A DNA stretch of 64,000 nucleotides, taken from the NCBI GenBank assembly GCA_030704615.1, contig CM060732.1, positions 71,920,001 to 71,984,000 of the forward strand, in the 5' to 3' direction. The stretch comes from Takakia lepidozioides. Lineage: Eukaryota > Plantae > Bryophyta. The notes under the pieces are model-generated. The model made no database searches, was not told the origin of the DNA, and saw nothing but the letters and a program-made list of their open reading frames with translations. The stretch's first letter is position 1; every line of letters begins with the position of its first letter. Positions 50,001-63,239 of this stretch are shown one piece after another. Both the position numbers and the translations under genes were made by a program.

Positions 50001-51600
50001 CACTAGAAGAAAAACGTGGAATAACCACTGGCCCTTTAACCACTACTGTCTTTTTCCACTCTATAAACCATTAGTAACCACTTGCCAGTGGTTAATCCCA
50101 ATGAAATGCCACGGTGGCATCACAGACAGTGGTTGGAAGTGGTTTCAACCACTCAGTAGTCCACGTGTAATAATTTATTTTTATTTATTAGTATTTATTT
50201 GCTAATATATTTTAATTAATTAATATAATATTCCACGTGGACGAGTGCAGTGGTACATTGTGAGTGGTTATAGACACCTCAGTGATGGGAAGTGGTTGAA
50301 ACCACTTCCTACTCCACGTGTAATAATTCAAATTTTATTTGTGATTTATTATTTGGAAATATATTTTAGTTCATAAATATAATATTCCACGTGGACGGGG
50401 ACAGTGCACGTTCATCTTGAGTGGTTAAAGACACCTCATTGATTTGTACCACTTTGACAGTGGTGGAGAGTGGGTGGTGAAAGAAAGATACTGCAGTAAT
50501 TGGAACCACTATGCTAGTGGTTGCTCATGAGTGGTTGCCTACACAACAGTGATTGGTACCACTTTTTGGGTGATACATGAAAAACTTTAAGTGGTTTGTG
50601 CAGCTGTGACAAACTTTGAAAAACAGACAAGTGGCCAGACCATTGTGGGATGATGCTATTGAACAAATGGTTCCAACAATAAACTTTATTTTGAATCTGA
50701 AACATATTCGTCACCCTCTGAATCACTTTGCTCAACTGGAATAGCGGTTGGTTGCACAAATGCCGCTTGAATGGTAGCCAACATAGTCAGGTCTTCTTTA
50801 TTTAGAGCCGTGGGACCATCTAATGACCTAGGTATTGGCTGATCTGATAAGGTAGACGTCGATTGGCACGCCACTCATCACCACATGTCTCTCTGTCTGT
50901 TGTGAACTGTGCCTTCTCTGTTGCATACTTTTTGTCACAAAATGGCAACAAGAATGACACATGTTAGCAATGAAGTATTGCATTACTTAGCAAAAAATAC
51001 CTAGCATGAATGATACTTTGAAAACCACTGTTTCAAACCACTGGAGGAGTGAGCAGAATGACTTGTAAATGAACATGCTCTTCCAACAAGTCACTCACTC
51101 AGACATTTCGTTACTACAACATTGGTTATAATCAGGATGAACCACTGACATTTGTGACTTTGTGGGTGGTTTGATTACACTGGTGACAGTCAGAATTGAA
51201 ATTGAACTTGATATGAATAAGGTGCAATGAAAAGAAGTACTCACTGCGCCCAAGGAGCCTTGACATTGGTATTGTTCAGCACATACAAAATTTGTGCTGC
51301 ATCTCTCCCAGCTCCAGTCAAGTCCCGCTTTTTGCCGACACCTTCGAAGACCTCGTCCTCAACCCCTTCCTCCGCATTTGCATCCCAAGTCCGCTATTGA
51401 GTTGCATCAAATGATTGCATATACTCAGTCATGAACCCCCTGGCCTCATCCAGAACATACCCTGCAGCCGTACTCCCTTCTGACTTTGCGTAATTCCTAA
51501 CATATCCCTTAAGATCTTTCATGCAATGCTCCATGGGATACATCCACCGTGAAGACACCGGATGAACAGTTTTGTTTATCTCCATGGAATACATCTATGT
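50001..51600 (-). mobile_element. CACTA/EnSpm remnant
   Basis: CACTAGAAGAAAAACG terminus inserted in PPR sequence, ACCACT/AGTGGT subterminal repeats, transposase fragment SRWMYPMEHCMKDLKGYVRN (DUF4218-like) at ~51394-51570; other end not seen. Confidence 0.8.
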
Positions 51601-52229
51601 GCTCACTTGTAACCACTATAAAAAAAAAATCAAAGTGCAAAAGATTTAAAAAAAACACATCGGTTGGTAAGTGCAGAGTGTGTCGCCTTGGTGGTTCAGG
51701 GTTGAAACCCGCTGCATTACTCCATGTGTGGGATTGTTTGTGACGACGGTATGTCTGGGCGTTGATCCTCCTGTAGGTCTCATGGCCCATAAATGAAATG
51801 GGGTTAATTTTTCCCCCTCCTCAAGGGCCTGAGGTTTCCTTTAAAAAAAATTAAAAATTAAAAAAAACAAAAAGTTGCTTATAGTGTTTGTGAAAAGGTT
51901 AAAAAACTTAAAAAGTTGCCCATCACGTATGTACAATATATACATACTTTTGGGGGGAAATTTCAAATGTGTGCATGTAGCGTACTGGTAAGGGCTCTTC
52001 CTGCGTGTCACGGGGTCGCGGGTTCAAACTCCTCGCATTGTTTTTTTCCCCCTCATGCACTAAGCCCCACTAAGCCCGATCGTTGCTGTGCACACTAAGT
52101 CCTCGTGCAGGTTGGTCTTAGCGGGTCGCGTTTCAATCTCTGCTTGCTCAGCTGCACCGTGGTGGTTCTCATGGACAATCCGACATTACCTGACTACAGA
52201 CAGAAGCAGCACACACAAGAGGTCCGTTT

Positions 52230-53070
52230 GGGTCCATGGCGACATCTTCAGAGCTAGAATTGTACCAAATGTCAGTCTGAACCATACCCTGGTGGACATG
52301 TATGCACAATGTGGGTGCATCGAGCCTGGACGAGGCAAAGAGGTGCATGGGGTATCATCAAAGTTGGAATTGTACCAAATGTCATTATGAACACTGCCCT
52401 GGCAGCTCTGGAAAAAGGGGAAAGAGGTCCATGGTGACATCTTCAGAGCTGGAATTGTACCAAATATCATTCTGAACCATACCCTGGTGGACATTTATGC
52501 AAAATGTGGGTGCATCGAGCCTGGACAAGGGCAAAGTGGTGCATGGGGTATCATCAAAGCTGTACCAAATGTCATTATGAACTTTGCCCTAGCAGCTCTG
52601 GAAAAAGGAAAGAGGTCCATGGCGACATCTTCAGAGCTGGAATTGTACCAAATGTCATTCTGAACCATACCCTGGTGGACATGTTTGCAAAATGTGGGTG
52701 CAAAAGGATCTAGGATCTAGGATGCAAAGGGAGTGTTTGACACTATGGCTGAACGAGATGTGGTGTCATGGAGTGCGATGCTTGCAAGGTATGCACGACA
52801 GGGACGTGGGATGGAGGCTTTGGAGACTTATGAGCAGAGGATGGGGGGAAGCACATCATGTTTGTGTGCATTTGCAATTCTTGTGCAAGCCTGGCAGCCC
52901 TAGAGAAGGGCAAGAGGTGCATGGGGATATCATCAAAGCTGGAATTGTGCCAAATGTCAATTTGAACACTGCCCTAGCAGCTTTGGAAAAGGGGACAGAG
53001 GTCCATGGCGAAATCTTTAGAGTTGGGAATTGTACCAGATGTCATTCTGAACAATACCCTGGTGAACATG
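52230..53070 (+). pseudogene. Tandemly re-duplicated PPR motif fragments
   Basis: Repeated EVHGDIFRAGIVPNVILNHTLVDMYAKCG units with multiple frameshifts. Confidence 0.8.
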
Positions 53071-53532
53071 TAACACTATTTTAACTAATTCTGGACTTTT
53101 GTTTGGTCCAGAAATAATATGAGAAATATGAATAAACAAAATTTATTATTGAAATAAAGCAATATATATGATTATTTTGGTTATTTTATACACAATATAA
53201 TCCTCCAAACATTTTTTGGAGACAATATCAGTATGTATTGTGGTTTTAGAAGAACATCCACTGCCAAATTGACGTTCATGAAAAAAAATGGGAGGATGCA
53301 ATAAATTACGCCATGATGTGAGGTCAGATATGTAAAACTTTTTGCAAAAAATGGTTGCCATATCAGATGACATACAAAACCAAACATAGAACAATCATGG
53401 CATGTGATGAAGATGATGATATGAAAGAATGTGTCCGCATACATTGATGATAAACATTTATATTTTATTAGAGATTGCAACTTTGGCGTTGCAGTCAGAC
53501 ATAATGTAATGTCAACTGTACATCCGTTGGAC

Positions 53533-54540
53533 TCAAGGCATGTGTTCGAAGACGCCTCCGGTTACCACAACCACTTGCAACGGTACCTGGAACTCTACTT
53601 GTTGAATCTCTTGATGCCCTTGAAGCCTGCCGGGAAGTCCGCCATTCTTGCCAATCACGAAACTCTTCTTTTTCTTTTCGAATTCGCTCCTTGAATGTGA
53701 CTGGGCAAAACAATTTTTCATATGAAAAATGTCAGCTGAAATGTGGAACATTTGTAGAAAAAATGATAAAGTAAAAGTGCAAGTGGAAGACACTTTCAAG
53801 ATTAAATTCTCCATAAACAACAAACATTGGGATAAGTACATACCAAGGTAATCAGGTTCCTTTTGTTGTGGGATCCAAACACGAGGATCAACATATCTTC
53901 CATACCAAGCCCAATAGGCATGGTCACGACCAATAGGCTTACGAGAACACTTGACAGGGTTCTCGCTGATGTAATCTACGACTGTTGAAGCTGCAGCCAT
54001 TTTCAATATATATGGCCACACAGCTTTTGTCATATCATCCTGGTCAACCAATCCCTTTGGTGATGGCTTGTATGAAATAGGGAAGAATCCAGTATTTGGT
54101 GGGTTTCGGAGGCCCTTTGATGGCTCATCATCAATAAGGAGTATTTGTCCCTGAGTTGCAAAGGGTGTAACAGGGTACTTGGCAAGAACAGTGCAAATAT
54201 CTTTAACGAGATATTTCATCCCACGCATGATGTAATCGGTAGTGTCTTTGCAATCCTCAGCTGACCAGATGAAGCAAAACTTCTTCGCAATTTTCGTAGG
54301 AACTAAGCACTCGAGCATCCAACAAAGAACATGTATTTCAGTACATGACCAGATCGCCACGTGAAAATGCATGAACGCAAGGTTGAGAAACTCCAAGACT
54401 CCGGGCCGGGGAACCACAAAAGGTCTTTCGAGAACATGAACTGTAACTTTCCTGAAACGAAATCTCTCCTTAAGCAATTCACCGCCGGTTGGAGGTGGCC
54501 GGTAGCAAAGGAGACCGTTGACACTCAATATTAACAGCAT
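53533..54540 (-). CDS. FCP1/NIF-family HAD phosphatase-like protein 1
   Basis: LLILSVNGLL (motif I, Asp replaced by Ser), RPGVLEFL, VAIWSC, ILLIDDEPSKGLRNPP; 5' exons and 3' splice not resolved. Confidence 0.75.
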   Translation of the reverse strand: MLLILSVNGLLCYRPPPTGGELLKERFRFRKVTVHVLERPFVVPRPGVLEFLNLAFMHFHVAIWSCTEIHVLCWMLECLVPTKIAKKFCFIWSAEDCKDTTDYIMRGMKYLVKDICTVLAKYPVTPFATQGQILLIDDEPSKGLRNPPNTGFFPISYKPSPKGLVDQDDMTKAVWPYILKMAAASTVVDYISENPVKCSRKPIGRDHAYWAWYGRYVDPRVWIPQQKEPDYLGMYLSQCLLFMENLILKVSSTCTFTLSFFLQMFHISADIFHMKNCFAQSHSRSEFEKKKKSFVIGKNGGLPGRLQGHQEIQQVEFQVPLQVVVVTGGVFEHMP

Positions 54541-56092
54541 CCATTTCCTCTTCCCCGATGTGGCAAATGAAGGTTGATGGACGATACCATCCTGCGCAAT
54601 TTAAGTGTTCCCGCCGTCAGAAACAACACGATGTAGTGTTTCTTAGTTTCAGAGTGACGTCTACATTTTCGGAGACATAAGTGTCCCGACAATGGACTAC
54701 TGTAAAGGACCAAGAATAGACCATATATCGAAGAGTTCGAGATCATGAAAAGATGAACGTCAGCTGTCAAGTGGAGGTTAGTGGACGCACCTTGTCGGGA
54801 GGCGCATTCAAGAAGTTATGCGGCTCCATACTCGCTTGTATAGAAATTACGGAGTTAGTTTGGGACAAAAAAACAAACTGCAAACGAAAGTGGAGAAATT
54901 GTTTTGAAATGTACCATTGAAGCCTTATTGGAATGTCTTGCAGAAGAACAGTGGATTCCCGCGGGCTTGGATTCACGAGGCGCCACAACATCCGAGGAGT
55001 CTTCAAGTGTTTGGAGTCCGCTCTTTTTTTCTTGTCAACCTTTTGTCTTTTGGAATGATTCCTTGCAGAGAAAGAAAATGGCTCGGGGGCTCTTTTTCAC
55101 CTCTTTGGTGCAGAACATTGTGCGAGCAGTTCAGGGTCACGTTGTGTCGATGTTGGAGATGTTTTGTCATTGAACGACGAGAGAAGTGGAGGGGCAACAA
55201 CAGGCAAGCACAAAAATTTGTCCCTTGAGCACTCGACATCCTGGATGGAATGAAAACGCAATGAAGGAATAATTTACCTCGGAACTGCATTCCAATGCAG
55301 ACGTCGTTTGACAGGAAGGTCATAATCTGCAGATTTTCTTACCTGGAGCGACAGATGAATATCAGACCCCAAACTAAGTGAAACTAGGAGAATGAGCAAG
55401 GAGCAAGAAATGAATTTAAGTCACCTGACTCCTGCGGATTTGAGCTGTCCAACCCTCGTGCTGGGGAGATATGCGAGGAAGAGACGGAAGCAGGTGCAGC
55501 GGAGCCGTAGCCAAGTCCCCGACGGTTGGATAGACCAGACCCTGCGTACTGAACAGGGAAGGTGAGGAATGTTGAGAAAGGTCGATAAAGTCTCCGGGAT
55601 ATTTGTGTTCTTCCCCTGCACCTTAGACTTTACCCCCAGGAGGACCCGAGAGGAGAAGTGTGTCGCCCGCTTCCCGGGAGGACAAGGGTCTGACAGAGGA
55701 TCCATCCTCAATTTGAGCACCATCATGAACCCTCGGAAAGCCTTCAATACTCCGACTCACAGCTAATCCGGAGGCTTCCTTTAGGGGACTTGAGGAACTG
55801 ATGACGTTGTCAGCATCTCCTTAAACCTGCCAAAGAGACATAATCATAAATCCGGGAATGCACGAATGCGAACCTCCACTGAACAGTGGAGGTCACTAGA
55901 TATAGTCATGTCCCCGTATGAAGGCCTGTATCAGAGTCTTGGGATTGCCCGGAATGTGCGTCAAGAATTCAACTAAAAATGAGTCAAAATGAGAGTACCA
56001 TATCTTTCACGTGTGTGATTACAAGGAAATGAAAAAGAGAAACCATGAAGATATTCAATAGCTTGAGTGAGATGGGAATGATCAAAAATAAT

Positions 56093-56829
56093 TTATTTTG
56101 AAGCATCATATCTGAGACTCTTAAAACCGTTGTCCTCAATAAAATCCCAGAGTGGGCTAAACTTGGGATCGTTTGCAACATTGGGAAAAAGACTCAACCC
56201 TATTCTTTTTTTCCTAAGATAGCTTGAAACAGTGGGATGTTTCCTCATTCCAAGCAAATAGGTTTGAAGAACCTTGAGAAGATAGCAACCATCAGTCTCA
56301 ACGGTCTGGAACGGTTTGAGAACAAGACATGAGTCGGGCGGGTTCAATACACACTTCATGGCGGTGTCGTCAATGAGCAGAGTGTTACTCTTGGTGTATT
56401 GCCCACCAAATCCCTTCCGGACCTTGACCAGTGGCTTCAAAAACAAATGAGGAGGGTCCAATCCTGATTTGAATTGAGGGTGAACCGAAGTAGGGCATCC
56501 TCTTGAGACATAACGAAGGCCGGTTGAGGTAGACCACAAAGCAAAAAATCCAGGATGGGCTGCAAGTTTTTGTACATCATAGAGCTCCAAATCCCTAACC
56601 GGTAGTGTTTGTGCAACTCTGTCCACACTTTGCGATATTTCTCCCGTCTAAAGACAAGTCGGAATCCGACAAAAGCTAGAAATCTGTAGTCCGATTGTGA
56701 AAACCGGGGGACATTGTAGCTCTTCTGGTGCTTCAAGATTTTGCACAAGACTCCATTCACGTCAAAAATAATCAAACGCAACCCTTGCGCAGGAGGAGAA
56801 ACAGGTGCTCCAATCTGCCAGAGAGTCAT
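56093..56829 (-). pseudogene. FCP1/NIF-family HAD phosphatase-like protein 2 (frameshift ~56495)
   Basis: LIIFDVNGVL, LGIWSSMM, LFLKPL, NTLLIDDTAMKCVLNPP. Confidence 0.8.
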
Positions 56830-56934
56830 TCATACTTAGGATGATAAAAAAGAACAGTACAATGCATTGGAAAAACCGACACCAGGCAAATGAACAAGAA
56901 CGTCCACTGGACAGCCGAGGTTCACCAAACTCAG

Positions 56935-57768
56935 TTAAAATATATTATGTCCCAATGCAGCGGCACGCAACTCGAGATTGCTAAGGAACTTATGCCACCT
57001 ATAATCAAAGTCTCTAATAAATTTGACCACTGGGTCGTCCTCGAAGAAATCCTTCGAAACGCCGAAAGGATGTAGGTCGTTGAACGGCATGACATCCATC
57101 CCCGATAACCGGAACATGTTAAGGTGAGGCTTGAGCTCTTCCAATAGAAATTTATCTCTGTCAGGGTCCACGCGCGCCTTATATTTTGGAAGGAAGATAG
57201 TATGTCATAACGGGTTCAAGTAGGACTTGTATATATTGTCTACAGTGTCGATGAGGAGAGTATTGGATTTGTAAGCTGTCGGGTCTTCCTCAGGGAAAAT
57301 GTCGTAAAGACGTTTAAAGTAGATGGGATTTTTGGGAGTTTTGGGCCATTTTTCGTTGAATGTCGATCTATGCATGACAGAATTCTCACTGTTGTAAGTT
57401 CTGACCTGGGAATAGTACTTCCCAAACACGGCCTTGGCGATAGTCTCGACGTTCATTTCAGGTCCAGTGTTCCAAAAACAAACGGCAAACTTTTTGACGG
57501 CCCACTTAACGAATTCGTCAAGACCGTTTCGCGTAGCTAACTTGAATTTCCCTGCGGAGATACAAGGCTAGGTGGTAGGAGGTGTTTTCTTTCCATCCTT
57601 TAGGAAAACCTCACAAAGGTAACCGATGTCCAGAACCAGGACGTAGTATCCTGGCCAGCATCCGTTCGGTCCCCAAGGAAGGGAATGCACATCGTTTGGA
57701 TTGACAGAAAGGGAATAGTCGACTGGAGGGTAATGCATGTTATCCTGTGGAATAACAGAAGAGTTCAT
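56935..57768 (-). pseudogene. FCP1/NIF-family HAD phosphatase-like protein 3 (two in-frame stops)
   Basis: VLVLDIGYL, RNGLDEFV, VCFWNT, YFKRL, NTLLIDTVDNIYKSYLNP in one frame with stops at 57568 and 57205. Confidence 0.7.
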
Positions 57769-58713
57769 TATTAATTTCAATTTGAGAAATCCCAAAGTAG
57801 ACAAACGGAAGAATGGAGTTGAAATCATTACCGTTTTTGGAGTCGGCTGCTGAGATCATTGGGCAGGCTGCTCCTCCTCTTTCCCATCTCTACGTCCAAC
57901 GTTATCGTCCTTCTCTATGGAGCCAGATGGCAACCTCGATTGTCCAGTGGAGGTAACTTGTATGACCGGCTCAGATAGGGCGACAATAATTGTTCGATCT
58001 ACTATTCTCTTCACCGTCTCAGTGTCGATGGAGTCGGTCCTCGTGTGTTTGATCTCCTCAGACGTCGTCTCACGAATCTACAGGAAATTAATGAAAAATC
58101 CCACGGATGACGACTATGGTGGTCCAAAATGATCTGACAAAATTACCGAATTGAGCAATAGAAGACTGAAATACCAATAATAAGAGTAATAAGAATAAAG
58201 CCAATGTTTTACCCGAATCGGGATCTGTTGTTGGATTACGCTTGTGGTGCTCTGTCTCTTCTCCTTCCCCGCGAGTAGGAGGATTCTTCGACTCAATCCC
58301 TGTATCCCTTGATGGCAACGTCGACTGGACAGTGGAGGTTACTTGCGGAACCGGCTCAGGTGATCTGGCCCTCACTGTCAGATCCACGTGTCTCTTCACC
58401 GTTTGAGTCTCATTTGATCATTTTCTTGTGTGTGTCATTTCCTTTGAATTGGATTCTTGGATCTACAAGAAAAGTTATCCAAATTGGTTAGTGGCTGTCC
58501 ACAAAGGTGTGCGAACGGAAATATGAATCCAGGTGGAAATATGTTTTATTTGGAAGTCCAGAAAGACGGATATGGGAAAAACATTGGGATTATATATAAT
58601 TACAATATTGTCATATGGAAAAAACATTCGGATTATTCCACTCACAAGTATGTATAATTACAATATTGTCATATTGTATTCAGAAGTGTGTACGAATAAA
58701 CATTCACTAATTG

Positions 58714-61700
58714 TCATTCAATACCTACATCCAAACCCACTTCCTGGGTGACATTTTGGGACACCGGCTCACGACGATTGTTAACGGGATCCGGTGACAT
58801 AATCAATGGCTCGTCACTTTCCACGGGTGTGAACCCTTGACCGAGGGTTTCAACTAACTCCCTCGATGTCGCTTCTTGTCCCCCTGGAGAAGCTAGATTC
58901 TTATTCGTGGTGTTATCGGAACTGGAGGAAGTGCTGTCCAGATTGTGTACATCTTGTGGCGCAACGCGTTCTTGGGTATTTGGAGTACTACCTAGATTAT
59001 CCAACCGGGGAATTTCTTGGCCCTCTCTTTCCCTTTCCCACGTTAGCCGCATATGCCCCTGGTCTCCGTTGACAATTTCTATGTTCTCATCTTCGTCTTT
59101 CTCCTCCTCCTCGTCCTCTTCTAGTTTCTCCTCCATTTCCTTGTCCTGATCTTTGTCGTGTCCTTCGTCATCATCTTCTTCGTCCACTTCGTCATCTCCA
59201 TCTCCTGCGATAGTCTGATTGTCAATCTGGAGGGTCCTGAAATAGGCCTCCACCTTGCTTCTACAAAATTTCTTTTTCGTTACAAAGTTTATGTCGAGCA
59301 CACGAATATTTCTTTCCTGCAATGAAACCAAACAATGATATCAAAATAAATCCGACGAACACCAACCATCGAAAGATTGAAAGGGTTAGGCTTTCTTTTG
59401 AGACAACTACCAAACACACCAAATTGTAGAATAACAAACACCCAAAACACCCACAACTCCAATAACATGAACCTCCACTGCCCAGTGGAGATTAAAAATG
59501 GAAACAATCAGACACAGGTTAAACACGCTATTCCGACAACGTCAATAATACGAGAGTTAAATCCGGGAAAACTGAAAACACAGACAATTCTAAGATGCAG
59601 AATCCACTTACAAGCAGAACGTATGTCATTGCCAGTCCTCCGAAAATGTTCACACAAGACATTCCGTCCCAGCAAAAAAAAAAACCAGGTAATCGTAGGT
59701 GTCCGGCCTCAGCTCATGATTGTAAGTCCTGCACTCTTTCTCCTGCGAGGCCGGGTCTACATCTGGTCCTTGGATAACGGGATTAATTGGGTCCGGCGAT
59801 AACAAAACAGTTTGAATGTGGTCATCCGGATTCACCATCTCCTCAGTTGTTGCCGAAAATACGTAGTCGAGGCAGAGGACCGTCCGGGAGAAAATAGTCG
59901 TGCAGCTCTTGTAAGGTGATTCAAACTCGCCGGGAATGTAATAACCCTGTCGGATTATAAACGATTTTGATCCAGGGCCATTCCGGATGTATGACACAAG
60001 ATTTCCCGATGATTCTTGTGTTGAGAAAAACACAAAAGCACTGAACATGAGCTTCCGAGCCACAAAAGCATCCAGGATATTTGAGTAGTCCTTTGCCTCG
60101 AAGACAACAGAGTCATCATCACAAACTGTATTGACGAATACCATGGATATGTCGTTGAACCGATTCTTTGGTGCAAGTCCCAACCGTGATCTGACATCAG
60201 CAAATTTCTGGTTCCCCCCCAGCTGTGTGTAATGGGACCTGAAGCTCGTGCATAGAATCGCCAAGGCATTCTGGTTATCCTCGAAGGTCTGCTTGCACGA
60301 CAAGACATACTTCTTGAAGGCAGCAGTCATTGGCTGCGTCTCCATATTCATCTTCTGTTTGCTAACAATGTAGTCGTTCCTGAGCCTATCTCGAAATGTT
60401 TCAAACTCAGCTTTGTTGAAGTTGTATTTTTTTTTAACATCACGCCACTCCTGTTTGGTATACGGTTCCGGGTTCTGTTTGCTCCTCCAAGGCCACCCTA
60501 AGACTTCCATTACATCGTCGATAATAAACCGTCGCAATTTCATATACGCGCTCATTGTGTTTTTGGATTTGTCCGCGCCCTTGAATTTTGTTCCCCGAAT
60601 GCAAATGTTTCTGTTTAGGATTTTCTCCACCACTCTTTTCAACTGCCTGCTATTAAGTCCTTGCAGTTTCGCGATAACGGTTTTATTCAGCGGTAGCTGT
60701 TCACCCTTGCACTGAATCCCGAAAATATCAATAAGCTTCTTTTGTTCTCACTGTTTGAAAACCTCCTCCCACATGTTCCATACGTCTTCATCACAGAGAA
60801 CCAGAACCATGGCCTCCTTCACGCTACTCATCTCCAGTATGAGTTGACATGCTTGCATAAATTCCTACGAAAATTATCAGGGCCAAAGTTAGACATTTCA
60901 TTCGATATTTGATATTAATTTTGAGATGAAACAATAGTCACAACTATCATGTCAATTATACTATACACCAAGTGATGATTCGATTGTCAATTCATCTCCG
61001 TCCATCTTGTTGTGCCTTGTAATTTGAAGCTCTTTCTATAGTGTCTCCTGCTTCGGAATGCGGTGCTCCTCCAAGTCAATCTGTTCATGTTCTCCACAAT
61101 GAACAGTTCCAAGAGTGTACCTAGAAAATCCTTGAAAAACCCAATGAGCATGAAAAGTTTTGGAAGCGTTCTCCGCAATATCACGTTTTCATGATCATAT
61201 GATGTTTCAAGTATTTTTGTGGCACATTTGTGGAACTGTTACACTTGGAGAACATAAATAGATTGGGAAAATAAGAGCTGGACAAGCACCTCATTACCAA
61301 ACAAGACACATTACAAAAGACCCCATCATGTCGAATTTCCGAATGTTGAACCATCTAGCTCGTTCATTGTAGCACCCTCCCTTATGAAGCTATTTTTGTA
61401 GTGTCTCCTGCTTCGTAATGCGGTCTCCGTTCGTCACATTAAATCCGAGCTTGAAAATATTTTGGTTCTCTTGCAAAAGGAACGGAAAACACAATGAATC
61501 ATTTACCTTCCATTGTCTAGTCTCCGACTTCGTTGTGTGATCGTTGTACTTTTTCGACCTCCCCCTCAGCTCGAAGAAATTTCGGGCATGTGCAACTTTC
61601 TCGGCAAATGTTGTGTCAAATTTATGCACCTTATTCGGGTCGTTTAGGAGCTTAGATAACTTCACGAGCCTCATCAGATCCTTTGACCATATAATCTTTG

Positions 61701-62978
61701 AGGGCCAGTCAGTGTAGTACTTCTTAAGATTGTCGTCGTCCACGTCTTGCACAAGTTCCTGCGACAGAATTGAATAAGGTCAGAAATGATATCGACCTAA
61801 CAAGCATGTTGTTTAAAGTTCATGAACCTCCACTGTCTAGTGGAGGTTCATGTTGTTACAAAAATTGGATTTTGTCGGGAAATTTACCTTGGCAGCAATG
61901 ATCGTGTGTTGTCCACCGATGACGAAGAATCTGGAATTTTCCACTTCCTTCCAGTTTCGAGGTTTCGAACTAGAAACTTCCATAGGCTTCTCGGGGTTTG
62001 CGGGAATCAAATAAACTGGATGTTTAGAGTCGAACACCCGGAGCTGGTAAAGACGCGCTTTGACTTGTCTTTGTGCTTCGCATTTAGGGGCCTGTACACC
62101 ATATCCCTGGGAGCAAGCTCCATCATGGAAACTTTGACGTCCTGGGTCGCCTCAAACCCAAAAGGAAATATGTCCTTGTAGTCTTGCTCCAGTCTCTCCA
62201 GCATCTTCTCACACTTGTCTTTGTCGAATATGTCTGCAGCCTTGGGTTTCTTGGTATCTGTCATGAATGCATGATCCATCTCCTCCTTTTGTTTCTTTTT
62301 TCCCCCTGATGTACCGGCTTCATTGTCATCACCACCGACGTCAATGGATTTCCGTTTTTCCTTCTTTGGCTTCGCTCTTGCAGCCTCCTCCTCCCACGTC
62401 TTTACAATCTCCTTACCCTTTAAGTAAAGCACATCCAAGAAAATTCCCCAAGCCATGCAAAAACCTTCATCTGTAAATTGAGTACCATCGTCGCAATATG
62501 TGAACCCCGCCCAAATGGACTCTCTCATCATGGCCTTCCTTAGAATTCGTACCTCCAGTTTGAAGCCAAACGTTATGGGAAATCTACCATCTTCCATCAT
62601 GAACATTACCAACATCGGAAATTCCACATCCATCTCCAGCTCTACGTCGACCACGTCTGCATATTTGAGCTTGGCGACCTCTGCACCAATCTTGTATTGG
62701 AACCGGAACTTATGGTCCGGAGGTGTGCTAACGGGTACAATGCCCCATTTTGTGATCTCCGGGTTCAGCTCAAAAATTGCCAGGTGATCATTCTTGAAAT
62801 TCGGAGATTTTCGAGAAACAAATGAACCACAGATAGGTTTGCACATTCCAACAATACAATCCCTCGGGGTAATGTTGTTGTCCACATAACAAACCACCTC
62901 GGTCGTCAGACACATATCATGACAACCATACAAGATTCCCAGGACAGTAACCTCCACTGTCCAGTGGAGGTTCAACAA
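58714..62978 (-). pseudogene. Second spliced ParB-like protein with C-terminal methyltransferase-like region and acidic tail
   Basis: VSMMELAPRDMVYRPLNAKH...VYLIP...FFVIGGQHTIIAA (frameshift ~62066); C-terminal MVFVN...HELRPDTYDYL...CVNIFGG...RNIRVLD (frameshift in T11 run ~59680); introns 61759-61887 and 59317-59611; in-frame stops; 5' end not resolved. Confidence 0.6.
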
Positions 62979-63239
62979 TTCACACGCTCATAGCTGACAG
63001 ATAAAAGAGTTCAATTCAGGAGGAAAAAACAATTTCACTTATAAGAAGAATAATACATTTATTCATAGAAGGCTCGTCTCGCCATTCCATACATCATGCG
63101 GTCTCAAAATTGTTCCTATAACGAATATATAATTTCTACAAGAAATCGATATTCTTTTGTAAGATGAGTTTCATCTTTTTATTTTCTTGTATCTACAATA
63201 ACTACAGGAAGCTCTCTCGAATCATCCTCAAGGTTTCAG

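Larger units (their letters stand above)
54754..62974. repeat. Dispersed 28-bp palindrome family TGAACCTCCACTGNNCAGTGGAGGTTCA
   Basis: Eight copies starting at 54754, 55869, 56897, 57930, 58315, 59468, 61823 and 62947. Confidence 0.9.
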
